64,000 nucleotides of DNA from a virus. Below are positions 13,839 to 24,314 of the stretch, in pieces (position 1 is the stretch's first letter; every line of letters begins with the position of its first letter). The translations under genes and the position numbers were made by a program. Location of the stretch: positions 32,001 through 96,000 of IMG/VR virus record IMGVR_UViG_3300032307_000622. One strand, written 5' to 3'. The notes under the pieces were generated by a model. The model worked only from the letters and a program-made list of their open reading frames with translations, ran no database searches and had not been told where the DNA came from.

Positions 13839-16800
13839 TGGCTAGATTTTCTCAGAATTCATCCAGTAATGATGCATCAGCACTAAACTACGTACAGGTA
13901 GTTGGAACGCAGCAGGTAATCTCATCTGCCCCAAACTCAATTATTGACCTAAACATTACAACTACTGGTAAGCCAGTTCAAATCTCTATAACTGGTGAGG
14001 GTGCAAATGCAAATGCTGGATCTTGGCTAAGACTCAACCTATTCCGTGACAACGTAGAAATCGGAAACGCAATTCAGCTTGAGTCCTCTGCAGCTTCTGA
14101 GAACGTACCATTCGCAATTAACTTTATTGATGCAGTAGAAGCAGGTACATATAACTATTCTGCTCGTGTTACATCTATTACTGGTGGTAACTGGACATTT
14201 GGTGAGGCTGCTGGTCCTGTTATGAATGCCGTTGAGCTTACTGGTTTTGAGGGTGATCGTGGTCCTAGGGGATTTACTGGAGCTGACGCTCTATGGAACT
14301 TTACTGGTGCCTATGACCTTGGTGCATCTTACGCTATCGGAGATGTTGCAACTTATGAAGGACAAACCTGGTACAGACTAGATGCTAACGGCGGTAACAC
14401 TGGAGATACCCCAGTAGAGGGAGACTTCTGGACTCTAATTGCACGTAAGGGTGACACTGGAGATACCGCAAATATTGCTGACTTTGTGTTTGAAGTTGAT
14501 CCTGATAACCTCAGCACGATGACTGTGGCTAATCACGACATGGCAATTCGCACTACTCGTGATGATAACCAAGATGCAGACATAAGTATTGAATCTGCAG
14601 ATGACGTTTGGGTTTACGCAAATGGAGATGACATTCATCTTTATGCAGCAGACGACGTAGAAATTACTACTAACAATAACGGTGACACGTCCTACAACTG
14701 GGAGTTTAGAAATACTGGTGGACTAAAGTTCCCAGATGGCACTGTTCAGAATACCGCCTATACTGGTGGCTCAGGTGGCGGTGGCAACACAGCTGACTTT
14801 GTATTTGCTCTTCATGAGGACGGCGAGGACACTGAAAGCAGAATGACGATCCACAACCACGACATGCGTATTGAAACGACTCGTGATGGTGAAGAAGATG
14901 CAGACATTGAGATTAACTCAGCAGATGATGTTTGGATTACAGGATACGACGAAGTTGAAATTCGTTCAACTACCGATGAAGTAAGAATTATTACAAATAA
15001 TTTCCAAACTCAATGGCACTTTAGACCTGATGGTGGCATTCTCTTCCCAGACAATACCGTCCAGACAACTGCCTATACAGGTAATGACGCAGGTCTTCCA
15101 CAAGACTTGGGAACTTCAGATAGCCCAACATTTAACAAGATTATTCTTACAAGCAATAACGGAGAAGCAGACAACATTGCAATTGGTGATGACGCATTTG
15201 TTGGCGATGCCAATGTTGCAAACCACGTAGCAATTTTTGGTAACCAAGATTCAACTAATGGCGGTATTATTCTAGGTGACGGACTTACAGAGACACTATC
15301 TTCTGATGGCTCAAACCTTTTTGTAACTGCAGACAACGACATTGTTCTTAACCCTGGAAGTACATATGCTTACATTGGTACCCCAGAACTAGACGGAAGC
15401 AATAGAATTGCCAAGATGTCTGACATCCAAGGTGGCGGACCAGACAGCCACGGTAACTTTGAGTTCAATAACAGCGAAATGTTTACCGAAGGCTCAATGG
15501 ATATTAATGCTAAGCGTGAGGATTCAGCATTAGGTGCTGCTATTGAGCTAGACCCAAATGATGGCTATATTGCTCTTTTTGCATACTCAAGCCCTAGAAC
15601 TAATTCTTTCTCACCAGACGACTGGTCAGATGCAATGTGGTTAACATGGGGAGAAGGTGGAAGCCAAGTAGTTCTAAGTGGTGCCAGCTCAATAACCACA
15701 TACATGGGTGAAGAATTTAACTCAGCACCTTTCCAGTCTATAAGCGTAAACGGTTCAGATTTTTACTCCTATCAGGGGGGATCAAGTGGAGACGGTCAAA
15801 CAACCATCTATCTATCAGGTGGTTCTCCAGACTTCCCTACCACTGTAACTTCACTTGAGTTTAAGCATCAGACCGAATCACGCATTGAAATTGATGATGA
15901 CGATGAGGAAATCTTGATCCAGGGTATAGGTTTAGATGTAAACCTTGAGTCAACAGAGGGCATTACGTTTAGGTCTAATCTAAATAGCAATACAGAATAT
16001 ACCTGGGCAATGGGATCAAATGGCGAATTTAGACTTCCTGGTGACGGATACATTCAGAACGTTGCCAATGGTTCTGGTGACGGCAGTGGGAACGACACAA
16101 TCAAAATTGTTCCAGACTCAAGCCTTGACAATGACCAATACATAATCATTGATCCAACCTTTGGTTCTCCAAACCACATTCACATTCGTGCAGGTGGTGA
16201 GCAGGATAACTCAAGTGCAGACTTGATTCTCGGTGGTGAAAGAACTCACGTCAGGCTATCTGACACCGATGGGGCAGTCTACGTTTCTTCGAAGCGAGAA
16301 GACACAACCACCGCTTATGTAAACGGCGGTGGCTTTGAGGCTAATGTTCTAGCCATCGTTGGAGATCTATCGCACATCCAGCCATATGCAAACTTCAGTG
16401 TTGAGGTGGGCGGAGATCTCTATCAGATCGACTATGTAAGCTACAACTCTGGCACAAACGTAACTCAAATTACCGCAACCCCAGCAACGTTTGAAATGAA
16501 CGGTGTCTACGTAATCCACCAATCAAACGGTGAAAACTACTGGGCATTTAACGAAAACGGATATCTAATGGGTCCTGCAATGGGTAGCCTAGGTGTTACA
16601 GGTATTATAAATGCTGATGGTGACCTATACGTTCAGTCCTCCAATGACAATGTATCTGTTAGCAGTGGTGCAAGCATAAACCTAAATGCTAACAATGCTG
16701 TTAGAGTAACTACAGATGGTGGGGATTCGGCTTGGGACTTTGGTGCTGACGGAAAGCTGTACGGTCCAGGAGAAGAGGGTACTCTAATACTTGGTGGAGA

Positions 16801-17398
16801 GCTTTTGACTACAGATAGGAACATGTCAATCAGGTCTACCCAGCAGTCAGTAGTTCTAAGTGGACAGCTTGGAGAATTCCTGGGAAGTTCAGATGATGCA
16901 AGCAGCCAGATTGCAACTATTGGAGATGTAAACGCAGCTAGATTTGGTGCCTCAGCATCATTCTTTAGCACGGTAGACCAGGGTCCATCTGCTGCAAACA
17001 CAATCCAGGCATTTACCTTTAACAATACTGATTGGGCAACTGGAGTTACACTTGGTAGCACAACTCAGATAACGATGGCAAATGCTGGAAAGTATAATAT
17101 TGCGTTCTCAGCTCAAATGCACCAAACCAATAGCTCTGGCCTTATCAACATCTGGCTAAACAAGAACGGTACTCCGCTAGCAAACTCAAACACAAAGTTT
17201 GCAATTACTTCTAATAATCCATACTCTGTTGCAGCACTAAACCTGTTTGTAGATGCTGCTGCTGGTGATTACTACGAACTTATGTGGTCTTCTGACAGCC
17301 AACACACGGTAATGGAATATGAGGCAGCAACTGGTTCTGGAGCAACACTCCACCCAGCAGTACCATCAGTTATTTTGACGGTAAATCAAGTTGGATAG
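13838..17398 (+). CDS. Large tail fibre/receptor-binding protein with internal repeats
   Basis: 1186 aa; short GXY stretch, carbohydrate-binding-like Y.IGDV.TYEG..W motif, FPD.TVQ.TAYTG repeats. Confidence 0.75.
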   Translation: MARFSQNSSSNDASALNYVQVVGTQQVISSAPNSIIDLNITTTGKPVQISITGEGANANAGSWLRLNLFRDNVEIGNAIQLESSAASENVPFAINFIDAVEAGTYNYSARVTSITGGNWTFGEAAGPVMNAVELTGFEGDRGPRGFTGADALWNFTGAYDLGASYAIGDVATYEGQTWYRLDANGGNTGDTPVEGDFWTLIARKGDTGDTANIADFVFEVDPDNLSTMTVANHDMAIRTTRDDNQDADISIESADDVWVYANGDDIHLYAADDVEITTNNNGDTSYNWEFRNTGGLKFPDGTVQNTAYTGGSGGGGNTADFVFALHEDGEDTESRMTIHNHDMRIETTRDGEEDADIEINSADDVWITGYDEVEIRSTTDEVRIITNNFQTQWHFRPDGGILFPDNTVQTTAYTGNDAGLPQDLGTSDSPTFNKIILTSNNGEADNIAIGDDAFVGDANVANHVAIFGNQDSTNGGIILGDGLTETLSSDGSNLFVTADNDIVLNPGSTYAYIGTPELDGSNRIAKMSDIQGGGPDSHGNFEFNNSEMFTEGSMDINAKREDSALGAAIELDPNDGYIALFAYSSPRTNSFSPDDWSDAMWLTWGEGGSQVVLSGASSITTYMGEEFNSAPFQSISVNGSDFYSYQGGSSGDGQTTIYLSGGSPDFPTTVTSLEFKHQTESRIEIDDDDEEILIQGIGLDVNLESTEGITFRSNLNSNTEYTWAMGSNGEFRLPGDGYIQNVANGSGDGSGNDTIKIVPDSSLDNDQYIIIDPTFGSPNHIHIRAGGEQDNSSADLILGGERTHVRLSDTDGAVYVSSKREDTTTAYVNGGGFEANVLAIVGDLSHIQPYANFSVEVGGDLYQIDYVSYNSGTNVTQITATPATFEMNGVYVIHQSNGENYWAFNENGYLMGPAMGSLGVTGIINADGDLYVQSSNDNVSVSSGASINLNANNAVRVTTDGGDSAWDFGADGKLYGPGEEGTLILGGELLTTDRNMSIRSTQQSVVLSGQLGEFLGSSDDASSQIATIGDVNAARFGASASFFSTVDQGPSAANTIQAFTFNNTDWATGVTLGSTTQITMANAGKYNIAFSAQMHQTNSSGLINIWLNKNGTPLANSNTKFAITSNNPYSVAALNLFVDAAAGDYYELMWSSDSQHTVMEYEAATGSGATLHPAVPSVILTVNQVG

Positions 17399-17453
17399 CT
17401 TTTAGCGTTACAACAGCATATATTATTCTTTAATAATCTGAGATAATATATGT

Positions 17454-18155
17454 ATGCCAACCTCTAAAAGTATGGATTTCCCAAAAACAAACTATGCTGC
17501 TGCAGTTAGTAAATCAAAATCAGATGAGCCATTCCTTATTCCAGTAGCTGGACCACAGGGACCAGCTGGAAATCCTGGTCCAAAAGGAGATCGTGGAGAG
17601 CCTGGCCAGCCTGGAAAAGATGGTTTGCCAGGACCAAAAGGAGACAAGGGAGCACCAGGAAAAGATGGAAAATCTTATTTGGGCTCTTACGGACAAAGTA
17701 TTGGTTGGGCAAAATATATAAATTCTAAACCATCATCAATAGCACTTGGCTCAGACCGTGGAGAGGATGGTTGGGTAACAGTTTTTATCAAAGACGATGA
17801 CAAAATAGAAAGCTACCTACCAGAAGGCGGAGTTTCTCTATACAACAAAGAAGTTAAAAGATTTAACTTTAAGGGCCTAAAAACTGGTACGCAGGTTCAA
17901 ATTGTTTATAACTTTGTGATAACAACACTTAACCCAAATACCGAAGTATGGGCAAGAACCATTTTCCCAGAATCAAAAAATGAAACAACCACTTTTGTGG
18001 CATCCTTAAAGTATCAATATGAGTATGATTTGTCTACGACCCACAACTTCACTATTGATACTGATATAGACAGATCCTCTGGTGCCATCATTCAGCTACG
18101 TACTGATATGCAGTCTTCTGTCAAGCTAAAATCAATATATATATCAGTTTATTAG
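17454..18155 (+). CDS. Collagen-like minor tail protein
   Basis: About 13 consecutive GXY triplets; leaderless start. Confidence 0.8.
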   Translation: MPTSKSMDFPKTNYAAAVSKSKSDEPFLIPVAGPQGPAGNPGPKGDRGEPGQPGKDGLPGPKGDKGAPGKDGKSYLGSYGQSIGWAKYINSKPSSIALGSDRGEDGWVTVFIKDDDKIESYLPEGGVSLYNKEVKRFNFKGLKTGTQVQIVYNFVITTLNPNTEVWARTIFPESKNETTTFVASLKYQYEYDLSTTHNFTIDTDIDRSSGAIIQLRTDMQSSVKLKSIYISVY

Positions 18156-18169
18156 TGTATAATGATATC

Positions 18170-18517
18170 ATGGCTTTTCCAGGTACCCACAACATTTCAT
18201 ATTATCAGGGAGATACCCTAGAATTTACTATTAGGCCGAAGGCATCAGATGGCTCAGCATTTTCTCTAGATGGATATTCCAGCAAATTCTTTATTGCTGA
18301 CAGAAGGGGTCCATCTTTTACCGTTCAGCATGAGTGTACTGCAACTATATCTAATGGTGCAGTGTTTTGCACAATTTCTCCAGGTGTTGGTAGATTACTA
18401 ACTGCTGGTACTACATACTTTTATGATGTTCAAATAAGCAAATCTGCAGGGGCGGTTATTCACACTTTGCTAACTGGAACAATTTCAGTTACAGCAGACA
18501 TTACTGGAGCTGCATAG
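18170..18517 (+). CDS. Virion adaptor-like protein (BppU N-terminal-like)
   Basis: YQGDT...YDVQ...GTISVTADIT. Confidence 0.65.
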   Translation: MAFPGTHNISYYQGDTLEFTIRPKASDGSAFSLDGYSSKFFIADRRGPSFTVQHECTATISNGAVFCTISPGVGRLLTAGTTYFYDVQISKSAGAVIHTLLTGTISVTADITGAA

Positions 18518-19077
18518 TGACCGTATTAGTTGCAAACGATGACTTAACTGTAATTGGTGGACCAACATCAATCAATGTTAGTTTAGATATTGGGGCAACT
18601 GGAAAACGTGGAAGCCGAATATTCCTAAGTCCTGGTAATCCAAATGATGTTGCAATTGGACAGACTCCAGAAGTTTTTGACTTAGTTATAAACGTTCTTA
18701 GATCAGATCAGGAATACCTGTATCTGTATCAGTATCAAAACTTAGGTGCTGCTAACCAATGGGTGCCTCTTTTTAAGCTAATGCCAGACACATTTTCAGA
18801 AAATCTAACAAAGCTATTCGTTGATGGAGAAACTGAGATTAATGTTCCAATATTTAGCATCACCTCAACTGAAAACCTAACTGCCCAAAATTTTAATGTT
18901 CAATGTTCAGTGATTGAGGCACACCCAGTAGTTTCTTCTGTATCTATTGGAGAAATTCAAATAATTGACGATGTACAAGTTTTACCGCTTTCTGTAAGTT
19001 CTGTAGAGTTCGTTGATGGCGAATGGACACCATTGTCTGGAACTAAGATAGTTCATTTAACGATTACTGTGGTATAA
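18517..19077 (+). CDS. Putative virion structural protein
   Basis: ORF track; operon context. Confidence 0.65.
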   Translation: MTVLVANDDLTVIGGPTSINVSLDIGATGKRGSRIFLSPGNPNDVAIGQTPEVFDLVINVLRSDQEYLYLYQYQNLGAANQWVPLFKLMPDTFSENLTKLFVDGETEINVPIFSITSTENLTAQNFNVQCSVIEAHPVVSSVSIGEIQIIDDVQVLPLSVSSVEFVDGEWTPLSGTKIVHLTITVV

Positions 19078-19096
19078 TTTAAAATGGTGATAAAAC

Positions 19097-19819
19097 ATGG
19101 CATCTGAAAATATTGGCCCCATATATACTACTCAAATTCCAGGGTACGAAGACTCTGCTGATATTCAGGCAGCACTAAAGCTATATCACTATGGAACAAC
19201 GACTGTTCCAACTCAAGAATCTCAAATAGTACCAAACTCTGTCGCTGGACACATAAAGGCCCTTGATACAAGAGTAGATACCATAGAATCTTTAGGTGTG
19301 GGATCATCATATACAAACGTAGAGCCAACATCTCCAGTAGAGGGCTTTATTTGGGTTAAGGCCGATAGCACAGTTCCACAATTTAATGTCCCTACATGGA
19401 AACTTAAAGGCTCTGGAAATCTTTCTGGAACATCTTTCTCAGTTTCTAATATTTCTGGAGAAAAGGTTTACTTAATACTAAAAGATTGGGGACATTCAAA
19501 TACTGGAGAAGATGTTGGCCTAGTTATTAAGTTTAATTCTGATTCTGGACCAAACTATGTTAATACTGGAGGGCTTACTTCTGCCTCTGGTTTATATTCT
19601 CCAGAGTTTCCAAATACAACAACTCAAGATTTGACGGTAGAAATAGATTTAGCAAACACTGCAGCAGCTCTTAAACCAGTTGCAACAATTGCAGATACTT
19701 CTGCTGGTCCATATTTTGGATACTACAAGAATACAAATGAAATTACATCAGTTCAGGTAACACTGTCTAGCACTGGAAACTTTGATACTGGATCTTACCA
19801 AGTCTGGAGTTATGAATAA
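19097..19819 (+). CDS. Putative minor tail protein
   Basis: ORF track; operon context. Confidence 0.65.
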   Translation: MASENIGPIYTTQIPGYEDSADIQAALKLYHYGTTTVPTQESQIVPNSVAGHIKALDTRVDTIESLGVGSSYTNVEPTSPVEGFIWVKADSTVPQFNVPTWKLKGSGNLSGTSFSVSNISGEKVYLILKDWGHSNTGEDVGLVIKFNSDSGPNYVNTGGLTSASGLYSPEFPNTTTQDLTVEIDLANTAAALKPVATIADTSAGPYFGYYKNTNEITSVQVTLSSTGNFDTGSYQVWSYE

Positions 19820-20451
19820 TGTCTACTATTTCTTCTACCCCTAAAGTTGCCTACATCTATGACTCTCAAACAGATACATGGCACCCAACTGCTGGAGCAG
19901 CAAACACCTCAGAAAACTATTCGTGGTCTGGCGAACACACCTTCAACGATTCTGTAACCCTGAACGATGTAGTTGTTGCAAAAGCTGGCATTAATAATTT
20001 TCAAAATCCTACAGCGAGAGATGCAGCAATTCCAAGTCCAGCTAACGGAACAGTTTGTTTTGTTAGACAAGACAATTCTGGAAATTCAATTAGGCAAATT
20101 CAATATTATTCTTCAACCAGTTCACGATGGGTAAACTACTATGACGCTCAGCTTGAAAATAAAACTGCCAACTATGTTATTACTCTAAGCGATAGTGCTA
20201 AGGCAATTACAATGGACTCATCTTCCGCAAACACTGTCACTGTTCCAGCAAATTCTACAACAGCAATTCCTGTAGGAACTATCGTAACAGTTATTCAGAC
20301 TGGAACTGGTGCAACATCTTTTGTAGAGGCATCAGGAGTAACAATAAGAAGCAAAAACTCCCACAAAACTTTAAATACCCAGTATTCAGCTGCACAATTA
20401 GTAAAAACTGATACCGATATTTGGATACTATTAGGCGATCTTAAGGCATAG
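19819..20451 (+). CDS. Tail-fibre protein with C-terminal domain shared with 29396 (...W.L.GDL.A)
   Basis: Visible paralogy of the last ~95 aa. Confidence 0.7.
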   Translation: MSTISSTPKVAYIYDSQTDTWHPTAGAANTSENYSWSGEHTFNDSVTLNDVVVAKAGINNFQNPTARDAAIPSPANGTVCFVRQDNSGNSIRQIQYYSSTSSRWVNYYDAQLENKTANYVITLSDSAKAITMDSSSANTVTVPANSTTAIPVGTIVTVIQTGTGATSFVEASGVTIRSKNSHKTLNTQYSAAQLVKTDTDIWILLGDLKA

Positions 20452-20459
20452 GAGGTCCA

Positions 20460-21461
20460 ATGTTAAATGCTGGAATCCTTGCATCTTCGTCTTCCCTAGT
20501 TTTAGTGCCAGATCTATCAAACTTTAATCTTGCCCAGGTTAACTCAGCATTGCAGACAGCTGGGCTTGTTGTTGGCACTGTTACGACTACAGGAACAAAC
20601 GCTACACCATCAAATAGTGGACTAGTTTCCTCACAATCGCCAACTGCTGGAACGCTTGTTGAAAGATTTAGTCAGGTAAATTATGTAACCTACTCATATA
20701 CAGCACCAAGTCCAACACCAACACCAATTACGCCAACACCAGTTACACCAACCCCAGCAAACTGGTATGCAGCTGGGTGTTGTAACGGTTCTCCAATATA
20801 TGATTCAGATAATGACTATAATACTCTTAATCAAAGATTTACAGCATCATGTGCTGGTGGAACGCTAACAAATACATCTATTGGTACTACATCTTTTATG
20901 TCTGTGACCTGTACTCCAGCTCCAGTTCCAGCTCCATCACAAGATATTCCAGTTTGGTATGGTGCTGCCTGTTGTGGAGGAACTGCAATAACATCTTCAA
21001 GTGCCGCTAGCTCGTCAAACGTTTATGACAATCTTGATGCAAACTGTATTGGCGGAACAATTTATAACGCAACAGTTATTTTGGGAACTTTTGGAAATCC
21101 AAGTTATCCATCTATTAGCTGTACCTCAACACCTACACCAAGTACGCCAACACCAGGTGGAACAGTCTGGTATTGTAGCTATAGCGGAACTGATGGATCT
21201 GCTAGAACAACCCAGACATCAGATTTAACACAAACAGGAGACTGTGACTATGCTGTTGTGTGTAGCACTTCTGGATATCCAGCCTACCCAAGCTATACCC
21301 CATGTGGTGGCTCTACACCTACACCAACACCTACACCAACACCTACACCTACACCAACTCCATCTGGCGGAGGAACTTGTGGTTCTGCTTGTGGAAACTG
21401 TCTAGACTATGGATGTACATGGTATTACAGTGGACCATTTGGCCCATACTGCCAATGCTAA
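20460..21461 (+). CDS. PASTA-domain protein with Cys-rich modules and Pro-Thr linkers
   Basis: VPDL...AL..AGL...G.VSSQSP.AG; WYxxxCC modules; (TP)n. Confidence 0.75.
   Translation: MLNAGILASSSSLVLVPDLSNFNLAQVNSALQTAGLVVGTVTTTGTNATPSNSGLVSSQSPTAGTLVERFSQVNYVTYSYTAPSPTPTPITPTPVTPTPANWYAAGCCNGSPIYDSDNDYNTLNQRFTASCAGGTLTNTSIGTTSFMSVTCTPAPVPAPSQDIPVWYGAACCGGTAITSSSAASSSNVYDNLDANCIGGTIYNATVILGTFGNPSYPSISCTSTPTPSTPTPGGTVWYCSYSGTDGSARTTQTSDLTQTGDCDYAVVCSTSGYPAYPSYTPCGGSTPTPTPTPTPTPTPTPSGGGTCGSACGNCLDYGCTWYYSGPFGPYCQC
21313..21363 (+). repeat. 6-nt ACACCW tandem repeat encoding (TP)n
   Basis: Read directly from sequence. Confidence 0.8.
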
Positions 21462-21529
21462 AAATATCATTTTTGTGATCAAGCGAACTTGTGATATAAT
21501 TTTTATGATATGAGAGGACACGCCTTAAA

Positions 21530-21769
21530 ATGGAAGAAAACTTAAATCCTTGGCAAAAATATAAGAAAAATCTTGGTGACACCAGGGTTTGGGACATGGT
21601 AAATCCAAATGCAGAACGAGTTGATGATGAGACTGCAGCAAAAAGGCTTGCAATTTGCAATGAGTGTCCAGAATTAATTAAACTTACAAAACAGTGCAAA
21701 AAGTGTGGATGCTTTATGGCTGCAAAAACTAAATTGGGTAGGGCCACCTGTCCTCTAGGGAAGTGGTAA
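21530..21769 (+). CDS. Small Cys-rich protein (DUF6171-like)
   Basis: RLAICNECP...CKKCGCFMAAKTKL..ATCPLGKW. Confidence 0.8.
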   Translation: MEENLNPWQKYKKNLGDTRVWDMVNPNAERVDDETAAKRLAICNECPELIKLTKQCKKCGCFMAAKTKLGRATCPLGKW

Positions 21770-21770
21770 T

Positions 21771-22367
21771 ATGAAAAAAATCGAACTTGCAACTGGAATT
21801 ATGGTTTATGATGATGTTATTCCAAATCATGAATCACTTGTAAACGACATTGAAGAAGTTGTGTCATCAGGAGCTGTCTCTTGGCAGGCCGCCGCAGTAA
21901 AGACATATGACCAACCAGCAGTGGATACTAACAGTAGAGACACTAGCACAATATCTGTTCCATATAGCTCACAACCTGCGGTAGATTATTCAAATCCACA
22001 AACAACTTTCTATGGAGAGCTATCAAACATTTTTTATTCAAGCTTTGATCCTATTGAGCGTGATTATATGAATTCTTTTGGGATAAACTTTAAAGATCAT
22101 TATCCTTGGGACATTCTAAAATATGGTATTGGTCAAAAGTTTACGAACCATATAGATGATCACACAGACTATCCACGTAGAGTTTCTACTGTTTACTATA
22201 TGAATGATGATTACATGGGCGGTATGATTCATTTTCCAAGATTTAACCTTAGCTTCAAGCCAAAGGCAAATCAGATGATTCTCTTCCCATCAAACTATGT
22301 TTATAACCACTCTGTTGTTCCAGTAATAGAGGGTACTCGCTATGCAGTTGTGAGCTGGATTAACTAG
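21771..22367 (+). CDS. Prolyl-4-hydroxylase-like 2OG-Fe(II) oxygenase
   Basis: HID...YMNDDYMGG...FPS...HSV.PV..GTRY. Confidence 0.9.
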   Translation: MKKIELATGIMVYDDVIPNHESLVNDIEEVVSSGAVSWQAAAVKTYDQPAVDTNSRDTSTISVPYSSQPAVDYSNPQTTFYGELSNIFYSSFDPIERDYMNSFGINFKDHYPWDILKYGIGQKFTNHIDDHTDYPRRVSTVYYMNDDYMGGMIHFPRFNLSFKPKANQMILFPSNYVYNHSVVPVIEGTRYAVVSWIN

Positions 22368-22368
22368 C

Positions 22369-22959
22369 ATGAAGGAACCAGTGATTCTAGACTCAGTATT
22401 GAGTTTTGAGGATCGTAACGAGCTTGTTAATGCAGTAAAAGACTATAAGCGATTTGAATTCCAGCCTGGATTTTCTAGATACATAGCATCAGATATGACA
22501 ATATCAAAGTTGGGGGAACTGGCAAATAGCCTAATTCCATTAGCAAGAAAAACCTTTAATAGTAACACTTTGCTACCAAGCTATACGCTTTTTTCTCATT
22601 ATGAGGGAGCTAACCCACCACCAAGCTTGTACAAGCATAAAGATGACAATGCCTGTACATATACGATAGACCTATGCCTATATCAAACTGAGCCATGGGA
22701 TTTATGGGTAGATGACAAATCATACACGCTACAAGAAAATCAAGCATTAGGGTACTATGGCAACGATCAACTTCATTGGCGAGAAAAGTTTCCAAAGCCA
22801 GGGGCTCAGCATGTTGCCATGGTATTTTTTCATTTTGTAGAACCAGATCATTGGTGGTTTACAAAGGGTAGCTCATATCTAAACGTTATTCGTGGACAAC
22901 TTACTAATGATGCTTGGGAAAAAAGCGAGTCAATTCGGAAAAGTATGAATAATGTCTAA
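22369..22959 (+). CDS. 2OG-Fe(II) oxygenase-family protein
   Basis: LYKHKD...C...HWRE. Confidence 0.75.
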   Translation: MKEPVILDSVLSFEDRNELVNAVKDYKRFEFQPGFSRYIASDMTISKLGELANSLIPLARKTFNSNTLLPSYTLFSHYEGANPPPSLYKHKDDNACTYTIDLCLYQTEPWDLWVDDKSYTLQENQALGYYGNDQLHWREKFPKPGAQHVAMVFFHFVEPDHWWFTKGSSYLNVIRGQLTNDAWEKSESIRKSMNNV

Positions 22960-23433
22960 AGCAGTATTCTTGGTTGACCAAGCACTCCAGTTTTTTCCAC
23001 CATTTGACATTTGATAAGCAATTCTTGCATTAGTTAGTGGATCATACAAATCCTCATTGGAGGATAGTCCATACTTTTTTCTACGATCAGGCCCCATTGA
23101 GCCAGTCATATTAATCTGAAATAATCCATAGCAATTGCTAGACTTGTTTAGTGCCATTGGTCTTTTTGTAGATTCCTTTACGACAATGGCCCAAGCATAC
23201 CTTAGCTCATATCCCCTAAATCCAGCCTCTTTTAAAATTGAGATAAGCTCTTTATCAGATAACATGGTTTTTGGGGTTCTAGTAGACTTAATAATCTCGT
23301 AGTCTCCACGTTCAAATGAAACTGTGTACGTGTTTGGAACTACCAGGCTCTGAGTCTTTGGAGAATTCAAGAATCCAAATGTGGATATAGATAGGGTTGC
23401 ACTAATTAACCCAATAGCTATGATTACATGCAT
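22930..23433 (-). CDS. Lytic transglycosylase (SLT/lysozyme-like) with N-terminal signal or TM segment
   Basis: AWAIVVKES...YGLFQIN...DPLTNARIA...W..WST. Confidence 0.85.
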   Translation of the reverse strand: MHVIIAIGLISATLSISTFGFLNSPKTQSLVVPNTYTVSFERGDYEIIKSTRTPKTMLSDKELISILKEAGFRGYELRYAWAIVVKESTKRPMALNKSSNCYGLFQINMTGSMGPDRRKKYGLSSNEDLYDPLTNARIAYQMSNGGKNWSAWSTKNTALDIIHTFPN

Positions 23434-24071
23434 TAGTTTTCAAGTATCCTAACAAAGGTAATTTCGCTTTTCTTAAATTTTTCATCAGAAAGAGATACTA
23501 GCTCTGTTACAGTTCCCTTACGCCTAGCGTGAATGATTTCATTATTTCCAACGTATATCCCAATGTGATAATACTTTTCAGCATTATAGTGACGGAATGC
23601 AACCAAATCTCCTACTTTGGGATAGTCCACATGAAATCCAGCATAAAGAGCTTGCTTTGTTGCAGAATGCTCTAGCTCAACACCAAGACCACGATAAAAC
23701 CAAAGAGTCAGCCCTGAACAGTCCCACCCACTTGGGGTAGATCCACTAAATACATACCAGGTTTTATTTACATAGTTCCTTAGCTCAGAGACTCTTATTT
23801 CTAGCAATAGCTTGTTCTCTTTGAGCATCTTTTGTCGTTGTTTTTCAGCCTCAATCTCCAAGAGCTTTTCTTGTTGAATTTGAACAAGCTCTAATACGTC
23901 TTGTTGCTCTTGCCCAAACATCTCTGAGACGCTTTGGGGTATTACCTGACTATATGATTTTTCAGGCATCGTTGAATCTGATACAGCCTTGGCTTTTTCT
24001 GGGGTTTGAGTTGTAAGGCCCATAATAATTAGTCCAAAGACTACAATTGCAGCAATTTTTTTGTTATCCAT
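23433..24071 (-). CDS. NlpC/P60 peptidoglycan endopeptidase with signal peptide
   Basis: YVFSGSTPSGWDCSGL...GDLV.F...HIGIYVG...IHA; start 24071 after AAGGAGG. Confidence 0.9.
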   Translation of the reverse strand: MDNKKIAAIVVFGLIIMGLTTQTPEKAKAVSDSTMPEKSYSQVIPQSVSEMFGQEQQDVLELVQIQQEKLLEIEAEKQRQKMLKENKLLLEIRVSELRNYVNKTWYVFSGSTPSGWDCSGLTLWFYRGLGVELEHSATKQALYAGFHVDYPKVGDLVAFRHYNAEKYYHIGIYVGNNEIIHARRKGTVTELVSLSDEKFKKSEITFVRILEN

Positions 24072-24314
24072 TGCTACCTCCTTTTTATTCTTTTCGTAGT
24101 TACGGCTCTTACACAGCCTCACCGACAATATTTTTATTAGTGCGATAGCAATAAAATTGTCTGTTTTTTAGAGTTAGTACTCAATGTCACTTTGTTGTTA
24201 CTCTGTTTCATCGTTTTGTCCTCCTAGAACAAAAACTCCCTTTTCAGGAAGTTGGATATAATTATACCATTATTTAACCCCATGTTCAACTTTTTTGCGT
24301 GGTATAATTATTGG

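Noticed and set aside
24072-24260. c-di-AMP (ydaO) riboswitch upstream of NlpC/P60
   Set aside because: The context fits but the conserved GCUGAAUC, GGGGGACCCA and CAGCUAAC segments are absent
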